DNA of 64,000 nucleotides from a virus. Its lineage: Duplodnaviria > Caudoviricetes. Every line of letters starts with the position of its first letter. The stretch's first letter is position 1. Below are positions 16,099-25,668 of this stretch, piece after piece. The stretch lies in the IMG/VR virus record IMGVR_UViG_3300025018_000001. One strand, 5' to 3'. The notes beneath the pieces were generated by a model. That model worked only from the letters and a program-made list of their open reading frames with translations, searched no databases and was not told where the DNA came from. A program made the translations under genes and the position numbers.

Positions 16099-17367
16099 TT
16101 ATAGTTGTTCTAAATTTATAGCTTTGGTTTTTGGCTTACTACTTACTCTAGAAGACAATTTAGCAGCTTCCTGGTCAAAAATATTTAACCACTGAGTAGC
16201 AATTTTACCTGACCACTGCATATCTGACTTAACCCACTCATAAGCATTATCAGCTTTAGCCTTTGCTTCTGTATAATTATCATACACATAACACATTTTA
16301 GCTACTAAATCATCTACATCAACCAAAGGCCGGGGGATATCATTATCATTAGGTAAGGTAGTCCATAAACTTAAATTATTACCACTACCCACCAAGTAAC
16401 CACGCTCTTTTGTAATAAGTTCTTCCATTGCAGTATTATTAGGCATGATAGTTGGAGTTTTACAAGCCATAGCCTCTAACCAACCTATACCAAAACCCTC
16501 ACCCAGGGTAGTACTTATTACACAATCACAGCTATTATAGAGGTAGTTAATAACGTCTACAGGAAAGCCCTGATTAGGCTCCATCTTATCCGGTAATACC
16601 ACATCTCTACCTAGTTGCATATCCATCTCCGTAAGTAGTTTAGGAATGTTCCAACCCTGGTCTACACCGCACATGTGTAAGTATAGCATTGATTCGGGTA
16701 CATACTTCTTAAACTCCTTGAACGCTTGGATAGTTCTAGGGATATCTTTTCTCTGCTGATTTCTATTTATATTCATAAATATAAAGCGGTCCTTACCAAT
16801 AGAAAAGTAAGATTCCCTAAATTTAGCAACTTCTTCAGTAGGTAGGGGTTTAAATATATTCATATCTACCCCATGGTAAATTATATCTATATCTGGCTGT
16901 TTACCTCTTACGTGTTTCAAATAAGCTTGTTTTCCAAAGTTAGTATAAGCTACTAACCTATCTACGGGGAGTAAGTTAGGGTACCATTCAGCACGTAGTA
17001 CACTGTCAATAGGGTAGTACATAATAGTTTTAAACGGCTTTACTCTTTTTGCTTTCAAATGCTTAATTAGTTCGGGTAAAAAGTCAACTATAAAGGTATC
17101 CTGCAATACCCAGAGTATGTCAAAGTCATGCTCTAAAGCAAAGTAACAAAATTTACGTCTTCCGTAAGGGTCACCGGCTTGATGATCCATTGCTGGCCAA
17201 ATTCTGTAAGGTAGTGTGTGTGGTGTACCATGATAGTTAATACCGAAAATATCAATATCATACCTACCACTAGCATGTAATTGGGCTAGTATGTTTCTAC
17301 TTACAGTACCAAACCCTGTTGCTACGGTTGGACTATCCGCGTATACTAAAATTTTTGTCTTTTGCAT
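16099..17367 (-). CDS. GT-B fold glycosyltransferase (GT4-like)
   Basis: 'DSPTVATGFGTV', 'IYHGVD..IF.P', 'NRNQQRKD', 'YNSCDCVISTTLGEGFGIGWLEAMACKTP' (intact EX7E). Confidence 0.9.
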   Translation of the reverse strand: MQKTKILVYADSPTVATGFGTVSRNILAQLHASGRYDIDIFGINYHGTPHTLPYRIWPAMDHQAGDPYGRRKFCYFALEHDFDILWVLQDTFIVDFLPELIKHLKAKRVKPFKTIMYYPIDSVLRAEWYPNLLPVDRLVAYTNFGKQAYLKHVRGKQPDIDIIYHGVDMNIFKPLPTEEVAKFRESYFSIGKDRFIFMNINRNQQRKDIPRTIQAFKEFKKYVPESMLYLHMCGVDQGWNIPKLLTEMDMQLGRDVVLPDKMEPNQGFPVDVINYLYNSCDCVISTTLGEGFGIGWLEAMACKTPTIMPNNTAMEELITKERGYLVGSGNNLSLWTTLPNDNDIPRPLVDVDDLVAKMCYVYDNYTEAKAKADNAYEWVKSDMQWSGKIATQWLNIFDQEAAKLSSRVSSKPKTKAINLEQL

Positions 17368-17372
17368 AATTC

Positions 17373-18557
17373 TTAATCCTCTTTGGTTTTTGTTTTCTTA
17401 GCCTTAATCTTTTTTGTAGCAAGAAAGGCGCCATTAAAGTTTGTCTCACTTATATCATCCATTACGGGTAGTATACTTGGATTTTTTTCAAGATACTTTT
17501 TTAGCTTTGTAGGTGATACTGTAACCAATGTTGCAAAGTCTTCTACAGGGATGAAGGTGCTTAGTTTTGCTGCGTTATACGAAGTCCTTGAATTCTGTCG
17601 CATAACCATCTCTTGCTCGCCAGAAACAACCGACTTCTCCTGTATCTTAATCTTTTCTATAAGTACATTTGCAATTTCCTTTTCACGTAGTTCTAGAATC
17701 TTCTGGCTTGCTCTAACAGATTCCCACTCAGTGACTAATTCTTCATCTGGTAGAGTTTGTACATTTAGGAAAGAGAACTCTTTCTTAACACAAAGCTCCT
17801 GATATTTCTCACACACATTAGTATAATCACACCAAGCACATAAAAAGTTGATTGAGGGTTTAGCTTCTTCTCTTGTTAAAGCTGAGATTTCTGCATGTAC
17901 GGCATTTAAGTACTGCTCAAATTCCTCAAGCTCTTCATCAGTCCTATACGTGTAAACTAAATCACCAGAACGTAGCATATCCAAACAAAGTATTACTCTA
18001 CTATATTGGGGATATAACTTTCTAGCTACTAGATTATACATTGATAACTGAATGTCGGAACTTAACTTATTCGCATCCGGTACTGTTTTAGATGTCTTGT
18101 AATCCACAATTAATAAAGTAGTTGGATTGACTTCTACTGCTTTATCAATAGCACCAATCAACTCCACTCCACCGTTAGTAGTGATAACCTGTGTATTTGG
18201 AAATCCAAATCTATCCTCTATACCCACAATTTTATCACCAATCTTAAAAATTTTAAGCTTAGCTTTAATTATATCTTTACCGACTAGATGATCTCCGTAA
18301 TCTTCTATACCATGTTTAACAGAAGCCTTATCATAATAAGCTAGTAATTCTTTAATTTGTGTGGCACTAAATTTTTTAATATCTTGCTCTTTCATGATAC
18401 GACCAGCTTTTTCTAAAGTATCATGGCAAGCAAGCCCTAACTTAAATACAGGGTTAGATAGTTTTTCTAAGTGCTCTTCATATGAGTACCAATATCTAAG
18501 TTTACATTGTAGAAACGTATTTATTCTTGTGGCACTTAATTTAACAATTTTCTTCAC
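17373..18557 (-). CDS. PD-(D/E)XK RecB/Cas4-like exonuclease
   Basis: 'LSATRINTFLQCKLRY', 'GAIDKA', 'VDYKTS', 'QLSMY', 'CAWCDY..VC' Fe-S/Zn cysteines. Probable GTG start at 18557 after GGAGGG. Confidence 0.85.
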   Translation of the reverse strand: MKKIVKLSATRINTFLQCKLRYWYSYEEHLEKLSNPVFKLGLACHDTLEKAGRIMKEQDIKKFSATQIKELLAYYDKASVKHGIEDYGDHLVGKDIIKAKLKIFKIGDKIVGIEDRFGFPNTQVITTNGGVELIGAIDKAVEVNPTTLLIVDYKTSKTVPDANKLSSDIQLSMYNLVARKLYPQYSRVILCLDMLRSGDLVYTYRTDEELEEFEQYLNAVHAEISALTREEAKPSINFLCAWCDYTNVCEKYQELCVKKEFSFLNVQTLPDEELVTEWESVRASQKILELREKEIANVLIEKIKIQEKSVVSGEQEMVMRQNSRTSYNAAKLSTFIPVEDFATLVTVSPTKLKKYLEKNPSILPVMDDISETNFNGAFLATKKIKAKKTKTKED

Positions 18558-19074
18558 TTTTTCCCTCCATATAAAGATAGCCATAATCTCTAGCATATCT
18601 ATATTTATATTTATTTAAAACTGTATCAGCATAACAAAATAGTTGTGCTTGTGCATCAATCATATCATTATCTTTTTTAAATGTCAAGTTTTCTATATCT
18701 AATAAATAGCATACGAAATTAAATAGGTCTTCTTTATTAGGTGATGCAAAGTAAGACTTGACAGTAGTATTTGTAATTATGTAAGGTTCAATACCTAGTG
18801 TTTTTATACAGGTGAGTTTGGCTACCCCAGCAAACTCACTAAGTATTTTTAGAGTTCCTACATTAATACCAGAAAAAGTATCCTCCTGGACTATAAAGTC
18901 AGGGGCTAAGTCTATAAGTAACTGCTCTAATAAATTACTAAATAGTAATAATCTTTCAGACCTAGTAGATTTAGGGCTAGTACAAATAACACCCTTTTTA
19001 AAAGTCATACCATCTGAAGTAAAACACCAACCTGTAGAGGAGGCAGAAACATCTATACTTAAAATTTTACACAT
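18541..19074 (-). CDS. ruvC: RuvC-like Holliday junction resolvase
   Basis: '[13 protein letters not shown]', 'IVQED', 'VKSYF...KE', 'NDMIDA'. Confidence 0.82.
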   Translation of the reverse strand: MCKILSIDVSASSTGWCFTSDGMTFKKGVICTSPKSTRSERLLLFSNLLEQLLIDLAPDFIVQEDTFSGINVGTLKILSEFAGVAKLTCIKTLGIEPYIITNTTVKSYFASPNKEDLFNFVCYLLDIENLTFKKDNDMIDAQAQLFCYADTVLNKYKYRYARDYGYLYMEGKSEENC

Positions 19075-19831
19075 TGCTAACTTCTTTAAGTACTTTCAAT
19101 TGTTCCGGGGTAACTTTGTCAATTGATGGAAGTACTAAGTGCAATTGTACAAATACATTACCATTAGGTCCTCCATTTTTACCAATACCTCCCTTACCCA
19201 TGAACCTCAACACTGACCCATGTGTGGCGCCATTAGGTATAGCTACATCAATCTCTTTCTCTACAATTACCCTCCCAGAGTCACAAGAGGTGCACTTTGT
19301 TTTAACAGTAAAGCCTCGGCCTGAGCAATGTTTGCAAGGTACTTGTGTCATCATACGCACATTAAACTGCATAACGATTTGTTCTGTACTGCCCATACCA
19401 TTACATACATTACATGTGGTACGTTCTGACGCGCCTGTGCCCGCACATTTTTGACAAGGGTCTGCCAGAGTAAACTTAATATTTTTAGTAGCCCCTGATA
19501 GTATATCATATATAGATACAGGTACTTTTATATTTACATCTTGTCCAGGCGTTGGGAAGTTTTGCCTATTATGCTGACCACCCATACCAAAATGGTTTTT
19601 AAAAAAATCATTAATATCAAAGTCACTAAAACCAGACCTAGGATTATCATGTTGGTTTCTTTTCTGGGGGTCAGATAAAATCTGGTAAGCGTCATTTATT
19701 TCTTTAAATTTAGTATCATCACCATTATTCTTATCTGGGTGATGTAGTAAAGCTAACTTTCTGAACGCTTTCTTTATTTCTTCATCTGTAGCATTAGGGG
19801 TGACACCTAAAACTTTATAGTAGTCTTTCAT
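19067..19831 (-). CDS. dnaJ: DnaJ-type chaperone (J domain plus zinc finger, shortened C-terminus)
   Basis: 'DYYKVLGV', HPD motif, four CxxCxGxG-type repeats, '[14 protein letters not shown]'. Start set at MKDYY after GAGG. Confidence 0.92.
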   Translation of the reverse strand: MKDYYKVLGVTPNATDEEIKKAFRKLALLHHPDKNNGDDTKFKEINDAYQILSDPQKRNQHDNPRSGFSDFDINDFFKNHFGMGGQHNRQNFPTPGQDVNIKVPVSIYDILSGATKNIKFTLADPCQKCAGTGASERTTCNVCNGMGSTEQIVMQFNVRMMTQVPCKHCSGRGFTVKTKCTSCDSGRVIVEKEIDVAIPNGATHGSVLRFMGKGGIGKNGGPNGNVFVQLHLVLPSIDKVTPEQLKVLKEVSNV

Positions 19832-19832
19832 T

Positions 19833-20195
19833 TTAATCCTCAAGCATAGTTACAACTTTACCGTCAATAGCTACAAAGTCATCTACAATTTTAAAACTTA
19901 TTGGGCAAAATAGTTGATTATCCGCTAGAGCTGGATATTTTTTAACGCCAAAAAGAACTTTAGTAATAGTAGATACATAGAATATGTTATCACTAAAAAT
20001 AGTAAAGTCTCCATCTTCTTCAGTAAAGAATGTAGGGTCTAAATCATAATAACTACCTTTACAAGGTAATTTAAAAGAGTACATTTCTTCACTAATATGG
20101 ATCTTAAAATTATTAGCTGGTAACATGGCTAAGGTAGGCATTGCGTATATAGCATCAGTTTCCTGTAAACCCATCCCATTTTCATTTTCGTTCAT
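19833..20195 (-). CDS. Hypothetical protein
   Basis: Open frame with GGAG RBS in operon. Confidence 0.6.
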   Translation of the reverse strand: MNENENGMGLQETDAIYAMPTLAMLPANNFKIHISEEMYSFKLPCKGSYYDLDPTFFTEEDGDFTIFSDNIFYVSTITKVLFGVKKYPALADNQLFCPISFKIVDDFVAIDGKVVTMLED

Positions 20196-20210
20196 TTAGA
20201 TCTCCTTTAA

Positions 20211-20522
20211 TTAGTATAAAACAATAAAATTATCAACAACTACATTTGTCCAGTATGCTTTTGAAGGTCCTTGGCAGTATTTACATTTAGTGTCATAAGA
20301 TGTCTCTTCTATATGCCCAAATAATTTTATATACGTACCATTAGGTAATTCTGCCAACGCTTCAGCAATTTTACCCCATGCCCCTATTTTAACATATTGA
20401 AATTTATCATCAATAGGTAAAGCCAGTTTACATTTGTAATTTGTTATATCACTATATATGCTGACTTCTCTGTAAGAGATTTTACCTACTAATTTTACAA
20501 TATTCTCACCTGATATATTCAT
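20211..20522 (-). CDS. ssb: Single-stranded DNA-binding protein (OB fold)
   Basis: 'VKLVGKI', 'VKIGAWGKIAEAL..L.NG..I.L.GHI', 'WTNVVVDNF' SSB pattern; next to primase. Confidence 0.75.
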   Translation of the reverse strand: MNISGENIVKLVGKISYREVSIYSDITNYKCKLALPIDDKFQYVKIGAWGKIAEALAELPNGTYIKLFGHIEETSYDTKCKYCQGPSKAYWTNVVVDNFIVLY

Positions 20523-21558
20523 CTAGATACCTATAAATTTCGTCTGTTGTCAATTCTGCTGGCCCATCTGTCTCTTTTTTAACAGAAGGAGTGATGTCAA
20601 TGTCTACTACAGGTATGCCCTCTTTTGTAAGAGCTTCAACCCCTAACTTTGCACCACCTCTACCAGCTTTATCAGCATCATACATTATAATAACTCCTTT
20701 AAGTGCATAAATTTTCAACAACTGCACTTGTCCTGGGCTAAGAAAAGAACCCATAGTACAAACTACGTTGTAAATACCATAGTCGTACATGCGCCAAACG
20801 GACTTAAAACCTTCTACAACTATTATAGGTGTTATATTACCATATAGTTTAGCATTTTGCAAGTTATAAAGAACTAGATCTTTAACAAAACCAGTAGTTA
20901 TTATATATTTAAAAGAATCGTCTGGTGGGTTCATCCTTGTATCTTTTAATGAGTAGGCTTTTAATGCACCATCAACATCTCTGATTGGTATTATATCCCT
21001 AAGAATACCAAACTCATCTGTTAAGCCACCAGCAACTTCAAAATAATCTAAGGTAGTATTGCTAAAATTATCTTGTCTAATCATAACCTGCGAACGTAAT
21101 GGCCTGTAAGATATTAAATGATCTTCAGATACATATGCGGGCTGCTGTGAAGTTGCATAACTTTTAATAAACGCATCTCTATCTTTAGAAAATAATCTAT
21201 CAACTTTAAAATTATTAGATAAAACACTATCACCTACAAGATCTTGAAGATATTTTACTGCTTCTTTAAAATCAATTTTAAGTACCCCTTTTATAAGACC
21301 TATTATGTCATAACCATAGGTTTCCTGACATTTAGAGGTAAAACAAAGCCATGTCCTGGTTTGTTTATTTAACCTAAAAGCACTCCTATTATCGCCACCA
21401 TGCACTGCACAAGATGCTCTAATTTGTTTAGCATTTTCATTTGTTATTTTAAAGCCTAGAGAATGTAATAAAAGATGTAGGTCTACACTTTCTTTTAGTA
21501 GTTGTATATCTGTATTATCATAAGAGCGTGTTGTGTTCTGCAAAGCTATCACCTCCAT
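20506..21558 (-). CDS. dnaG: DNA primase (CHC2 zinc finger plus TOPRIM)
   Basis: 'CAVHGGDN.SAF...WLCF..C...DII', 'VVEGFKSV', 'MYDADKAG'. Confidence 0.88.
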   Translation of the reverse strand: MEVIALQNTTRSYDNTDIQLLKESVDLHLLLHSLGFKITNENAKQIRASCAVHGGDNRSAFRLNKQTRTWLCFTSKCQETYGYDIIGLIKGVLKIDFKEAVKYLQDLVGDSVLSNNFKVDRLFSKDRDAFIKSYATSQQPAYVSEDHLISYRPLRSQVMIRQDNFSNTTLDYFEVAGGLTDEFGILRDIIPIRDVDGALKAYSLKDTRMNPPDDSFKYIITTGFVKDLVLYNLQNAKLYGNITPIIVVEGFKSVWRMYDYGIYNVVCTMGSFLSPGQVQLLKIYALKGVIIMYDADKAGRGGAKLGVEALTKEGIPVVDIDITPSVKKETDGPAELTTDEIYRYLDEYIR

Positions 21559-22987
21559 TTTGATTACTACCTAAATCTAATTTTAAATCACTTAAATAGT
21601 CAAATGTTTCTACTTGATTTTCTTGACTTACTTCAACGATTCTAAGCTTAGTCTTTTTAAATTTAAAGCCTATGCCCCACTCACCAGTAGTACCACCACG
21701 ACGCGTATCACGAATACATAGTCCGTAATGCCCAGCTATATCTAAATCTACTGCTTCTTCTTCAGCTTTTTTCAAATCCCTAAGGCCCCAAAAAGCTACG
21801 ATATCTCCATATCTAGCTACTCTATCAGAGTCAGCTACATCCCCTGTTCTATTTACTTGTACTGCTGCTAAGAACGGAATATCTAACTGGCCGGATAAAT
21901 CCTTTAAGCGTGTTGTTACATCACCTAAAATTTGGTATTCTTTCCTACCTGCTTCCACACTGGAAGATTCTGGCTCTTTTATGTAGTCAAAAACAGCTAA
22001 CTTAATATCTTCTTTGAACTTATATTTTTTGTAGAGTGCTGTTATCTTTTCTAAATTATATCCAGGTAAGTAATGATGAAACAACTTACTTTTCTTTAGA
22101 TATTTAGCTGCTTCTTGTATACGTCTAAATACTTCTTTATCATTTCTAAAGCCACCATGTTTGATAGTTCTCTCCTGTACACCACTAATGATTGCTAGTA
22201 CCCGGTCACGCCATTCTTTAAAGGTCATTTCTGTGTCCACGTATAGTGTGGGTAGTCCATCATTAACCGCTACATGAGTAGCTATATTAGTAAGCACAGT
22301 AGACTTACCCATTTTCTTCCTTGCTGCTACAATCATTAATGTTCCAGGAATTAAACCATCAATAACCTTATCGAGTATAGGGAAGCCTGTTGAAATACCA
22401 ATAACAGGTATATGATCATCCATAATACTTTCTATGTATTCATCTAAACCATCTGATATGTGCTTAGGTTCTGCTATAGCTTCACTATGAATAGATAAAG
22501 ATATTAAGTCAGCCTGTACGCCATTAATCAAGTCATCACTAGATACAGAAGCTAACGAAGACGCATTTGCTAAAACGCTATCTGTGTGTAAATTTAACTT
22601 ACTGAATAACTTATATTTTGTACTATCATCTATCAATTTTGTAATTAAATTTGGTAAGTCTTTATCCGGTACTGGTACATTTAATATAGCGTCAATAAAT
22701 GCCTCGCTACAGGTATCTTCAAAATTTAAATCTATTGAAGTTTTAGTTAGTAAAAGTTTACTACATTTCGAGTACCCTGCTTTATTCAATAAACATAAAA
22801 TAGAGAAGAACGCTCTAGACTCAGGTGCAAGGAAATCAGTCTCTTCCACTCTAGCTAGTACATTAAAAAAGTTATCTTCACTATGAGACATAGCAGAAAG
22901 AATACCTCGTTCATTATAAGCATCACAAAAAGTATGCGCAGATTTATCAATACTCTTACTTATAGTGCTTTCTTTGGTATAATTCAT
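21518..22987 (-). CDS. dnaB: DnaB-like replicative helicase
   Basis: 'GISTGF..LD..IDGL', Walker A 'ARKKMGKST', 'DTEM', 'FDYI', 'AAVQVNR'. Confidence 0.92.
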   Translation of the reverse strand: MNYTKESTISKSIDKSAHTFCDAYNERGILSAMSHSEDNFFNVLARVEETDFLAPESRAFFSILCLLNKAGYSKCSKLLLTKTSIDLNFEDTCSEAFIDAILNVPVPDKDLPNLITKLIDDSTKYKLFSKLNLHTDSVLANASSLASVSSDDLINGVQADLISLSIHSEAIAEPKHISDGLDEYIESIMDDHIPVIGISTGFPILDKVIDGLIPGTLMIVAARKKMGKSTVLTNIATHVAVNDGLPTLYVDTEMTFKEWRDRVLAIISGVQERTIKHGGFRNDKEVFRRIQEAAKYLKKSKLFHHYLPGYNLEKITALYKKYKFKEDIKLAVFDYIKEPESSSVEAGRKEYQILGDVTTRLKDLSGQLDIPFLAAVQVNRTGDVADSDRVARYGDIVAFWGLRDLKKAEEEAVDLDIAGHYGLCIRDTRRGGTTGEWGIGFKFKKTKLRIVEVSQENQVETFDYLSDLKLDLGSNQNGGDSFAEHNTLL

Positions 22988-23411
22988 TCTCTCTCCTTGT
23001 TAATTCGCGTTTAAACGCTGCAATAAGTTCCATAATGGTTTTATCTACACCATCTAAAAGAACTAACTCATCTTGTAAAGCATCAATTTCATCTTGTAAA
23101 GTATTTAGTACTTGGTTAGTATATACTAAAGAGGCTCTTGCATCTTTTTTAGTTTTGAACTCTTTTATAATGGCAGGGGTTATTAAACCAAATAAAACAC
23201 CTTCTAATATGCGTTCTTTTCTAGTTATCTCAGCCCTAGTAATATTATATTGTGACTTAAAGTACACTAAGTATTGTGATAAAGCAATAACACCTTTACT
23301 TATAAACATATCGTCTGTCTGTTCTAAGGTACGTACATCGTATGAAAATATGTCCTCTATTAAAGAATTCTCTGGTTTACTTTTTTGAAATAACAATAAC
23401 CCCTCATCCAT
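22956..23411 (-). CDS. Hypothetical helical/coiled-coil protein (possibly UvsY-like)
   Basis: Amphipathic helical heptads; located between the recA cluster and dnaB. Confidence 0.55.
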   Translation of the reverse strand: MDEGLLLFQKSKPENSLIEDIFSYDVRTLEQTDDMFISKGVIALSQYLVYFKSQYNITRAEITRKERILEGVLFGLITPAIIKEFKTKKDARASLVYTNQVLNTLQDEIDALQDELVLLDGVDKTIMELIAAFKRELTRRENELYQRKHYK

Positions 23412-23663
23412 TTATGATACCTCATTGTCGTCTTTTTTATTTTCTTCTGTAACGTAAAAGCCAGTACAAAAATAATCGAAGTCGTACTGCTTGGTTTCAT
23501 AGTTAAAAAAATGATACCAGTCTGTCTTCATACCTATCTGTCTACAATACTGACTTAAGTCGCAGTACTTAATGTCACCTGTTGCAGTTCCATCTTTTAA
23601 AGGACACCAGTCTGCACAGTCCTTTCCATGTCTCTTTGGATTTACATTTATAAGATTAAACAT
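23412..23663 (-). CDS. Small Cys-rich hypothetical protein
   Basis: 'CADWCP...YCDLSQYC...YFC'. Confidence 0.55.
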   Translation of the reverse strand: MFNLINVNPKRHGKDCADWCPLKDGTATGDIKYCDLSQYCRQIGMKTDWYHFFNYETKQYDFDYFCTGFYVTEENKKDDNEVS

Positions 23664-24000
23664 TCATCGCCTCATATATTCTGTTTAGTACAAGTTCATT
23701 GTCTATGCTGTCTATTGTATCAAATAACAACACTAAAGTCAAGTCATTTTCTTCACAATACTCAACTTTTAGACTATCTCTCCTCTTTTGGGCATAAAAA
23801 TTAGAGACGTCACCATGAAAGTGTTTAACAAACTCAGTATGTTGACGTCCCTGACATTCAAATAATAGCCCTAACTCCTTAATATAGAAATCAAAAAATA
23901 ACTGAGTATTTTTAAATCTAACATAATACTCTTTCTCAATATAAGTAAATTGAAATTCTTCTTTTAATATATTATATACATCATCAGCTATTTTACTCAT
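23656..24000 (-). CDS. DUF559/Vsr-like endonuclease
   Basis: 'FFDFYI...FECQGRQH...RRD..K..YC..N.L.L' pattern. Confidence 0.75.
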   Translation of the reverse strand: MSKIADDVYNILKEEFQFTYIEKEYYVRFKNTQLFFDFYIKELGLLFECQGRQHTEFVKHFHGDVSNFYAQKRRDSLKVEYCEENDLTLVLLFDTIDSIDNELVLNRIYEAMNV

Positions 24001-24002
24001 AA

Positions 24003-25103
24003 CTACGCCGTAACTTCTCTAGCTTTATCGTACTCCGCTTGCGCTTTGTAGTATACATCTAAACCAAGTAATACAGTAATTTCCTCTTTTATTAGTAGGA
24101 AAATATCTGGGTTGTCCTCAAAAAACTTTCTTACTCCGTTGTCACCTTGACCTATATTTTCATCGGAGTATTTGTACCAACTACCCGCTTTAGTCAAAAT
24201 ACCTAAATCAGTGGCTATTTTAATAACTTCCCCAGTCATGTCATAACCAACACCATATATTAGGTCTGTCTCGGATTTAACGAAAGGGCACGCCAATTTA
24301 TTTTTAATAGTTTCAAACTCTGTTTTATGCCCAATAACTTTACCTTTTGAATCAACTATTCTATTTGCTTTTGCTCCTATACCAGATACTCTAATCCTGC
24401 CTGTAGAATAAAAAGGAAGTGCATCCCCACCAGTAGTGGTCTCCGGGTTACCATACCCACCTATTTTATTACGTGTTTGATTTATAAATATAACACACGT
24501 ATCTGTCTCAGCAGCTATAGGTACAAACCTAAGAGTAGTTTTACTCATCAGTCTAGCTAATAAAGCTATATTATTATCTTCTAACTCTGAGTCAGCTGCT
24601 ACCTTTGGTATGAGTGATGTAACAGAATCAATAACTATTAGATCTACACTTCCAGTTTTCATAAGTGTTTCAGCAACACCTAAGTTATCCTCCCCTGTAT
24701 ACAGCTCAACTACATGAAGTTTAGCAGTATCAACACCCATACTACTAAATAGTCTTGGGTCAGCACTATGTTCTGCGTCAACGAAAACACAATTCATACC
24801 TCTACGTTGTGCCTCTGCTATAATTGACATAGCTAGTGTGGTTTTTCCTGCACTTGGTGGACCGTAAATTTCATATATACGCCCTTTAGCTACACCACCT
24901 CTATCTAAAGCAGCATCTAACCCTATACTACGTGTAGAAATAGTGTTTATCACTAAAGGTTTATCACACATATATTGTAAAACGCTACCATGTTTTTTAT
25001 TAATAGCCTTTATAGCAATATCAAATGAAGATGTTTTGCCTCCAGTACTTGCCCCAACCTCTGAAGCAGACTCTTTTAATTCTTTTGTTTTTTTAATCGC
25101 CAT
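24003..25103 (-). CDS. recA: Recombinase RecA
   Basis: 'ISTRSIGLDAAL..GG...GRIYEIYGPPSAGKTT', 'DAEH', 'IDSV', 'INQTR', 'ETTTGG.AL.FY', 'GSWY'. Confidence 0.96.
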   Translation of the reverse strand: MAIKKTKELKESASEVGASTGGKTSSFDIAIKAINKKHGSVLQYMCDKPLVINTISTRSIGLDAALDRGGVAKGRIYEIYGPPSAGKTTLAMSIIAEAQRRGMNCVFVDAEHSADPRLFSSMGVDTAKLHVVELYTGEDNLGVAETLMKTGSVDLIVIDSVTSLIPKVAADSELEDNNIALLARLMSKTTLRFVPIAAETDTCVIFINQTRNKIGGYGNPETTTGGDALPFYSTGRIRVSGIGAKANRIVDSKGKVIGHKTEFETIKNKLACPFVKSETDLIYGVGYDMTGEVIKIATDLGILTKAGSWYKYSDENIGQGDNGVRKFFEDNPDIFLLIKEEITVLLGLDVYYKAQAEYDKAREVTA

Positions 25104-25668
25104 GTACTCTCCTTAAATTTTCAAAATTAAACCCTGTGTATTCATTATCCTTTAACTCATCCGCTTCTACCATTTTTTCCATTCTGTATGCATTAAGTAT
25201 TTCTACATTACTATTTAACATACTTATAACTTTATCAGTTATCCATTTACATTTATCACTACCAAAAACCCAAGTACCTATAGGTAAGGTTAGGTCTAAT
25301 TCAGATTCATACACAAATAGGGCGTTAATAATATTAGCACAGTCCTGTATACCATCCTCAAAGGAACACTTAAGCTCTAGCTGTCTATTACTTATAAACC
25401 TTGTAAATAAAGTTCTATCTTTTTGCCTATTAGCTACTAGTGCACAAACATCATTGTGATAGTAGTCCATTAAATTATAAAAGAAATTAACCAACTCGTC
25501 AAGATTTTTTATTTGTCTAGGCCTTGCCTTATTTGCTACTTTGTATCCCAACGATTTTAAAAAGTTTACACATGCCACTTCAACTTCTTTCTCAGGTAGT
25601 TTATCATTTAAAAAACTTGGTGCATCTAACTGTTTTACTTTAGAGATTAAAATATCTAAATTTTTCAT
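25093..25668 (-). CDS. Hypothetical protein
   Basis: Open frame coupled between dnaN and recA. Confidence 0.6.
   Translation of the reverse strand: MKNLDILISKVKQLDAPSFLNDKLPEKEVEVACVNFLKSLGYKVANKARPRQIKNLDELVNFFYNLMDYYHNDVCALVANRQKDRTLFTRFISNRQLELKCSFEDGIQDCANIINALFVYESELDLTLPIGTWVFGSDKCKWITDKVISMLNSNVEILNAYRMEKMVEADELKDNEYTGFNFENLRRVHGD

Noticed and set aside
17373-18557. Cas4 of a CRISPR system
   Set aside because: No cas1/cas2 or array nearby. The position among recombination genes fits a phage RecB-like exonuclease.
4753-25103. Inteins or group I introns in nrdJ, polA, dnaB, recA or thyA
   Set aside because: Each reads as a contiguous, normal-length protein with no splice-junction motifs or insertions.
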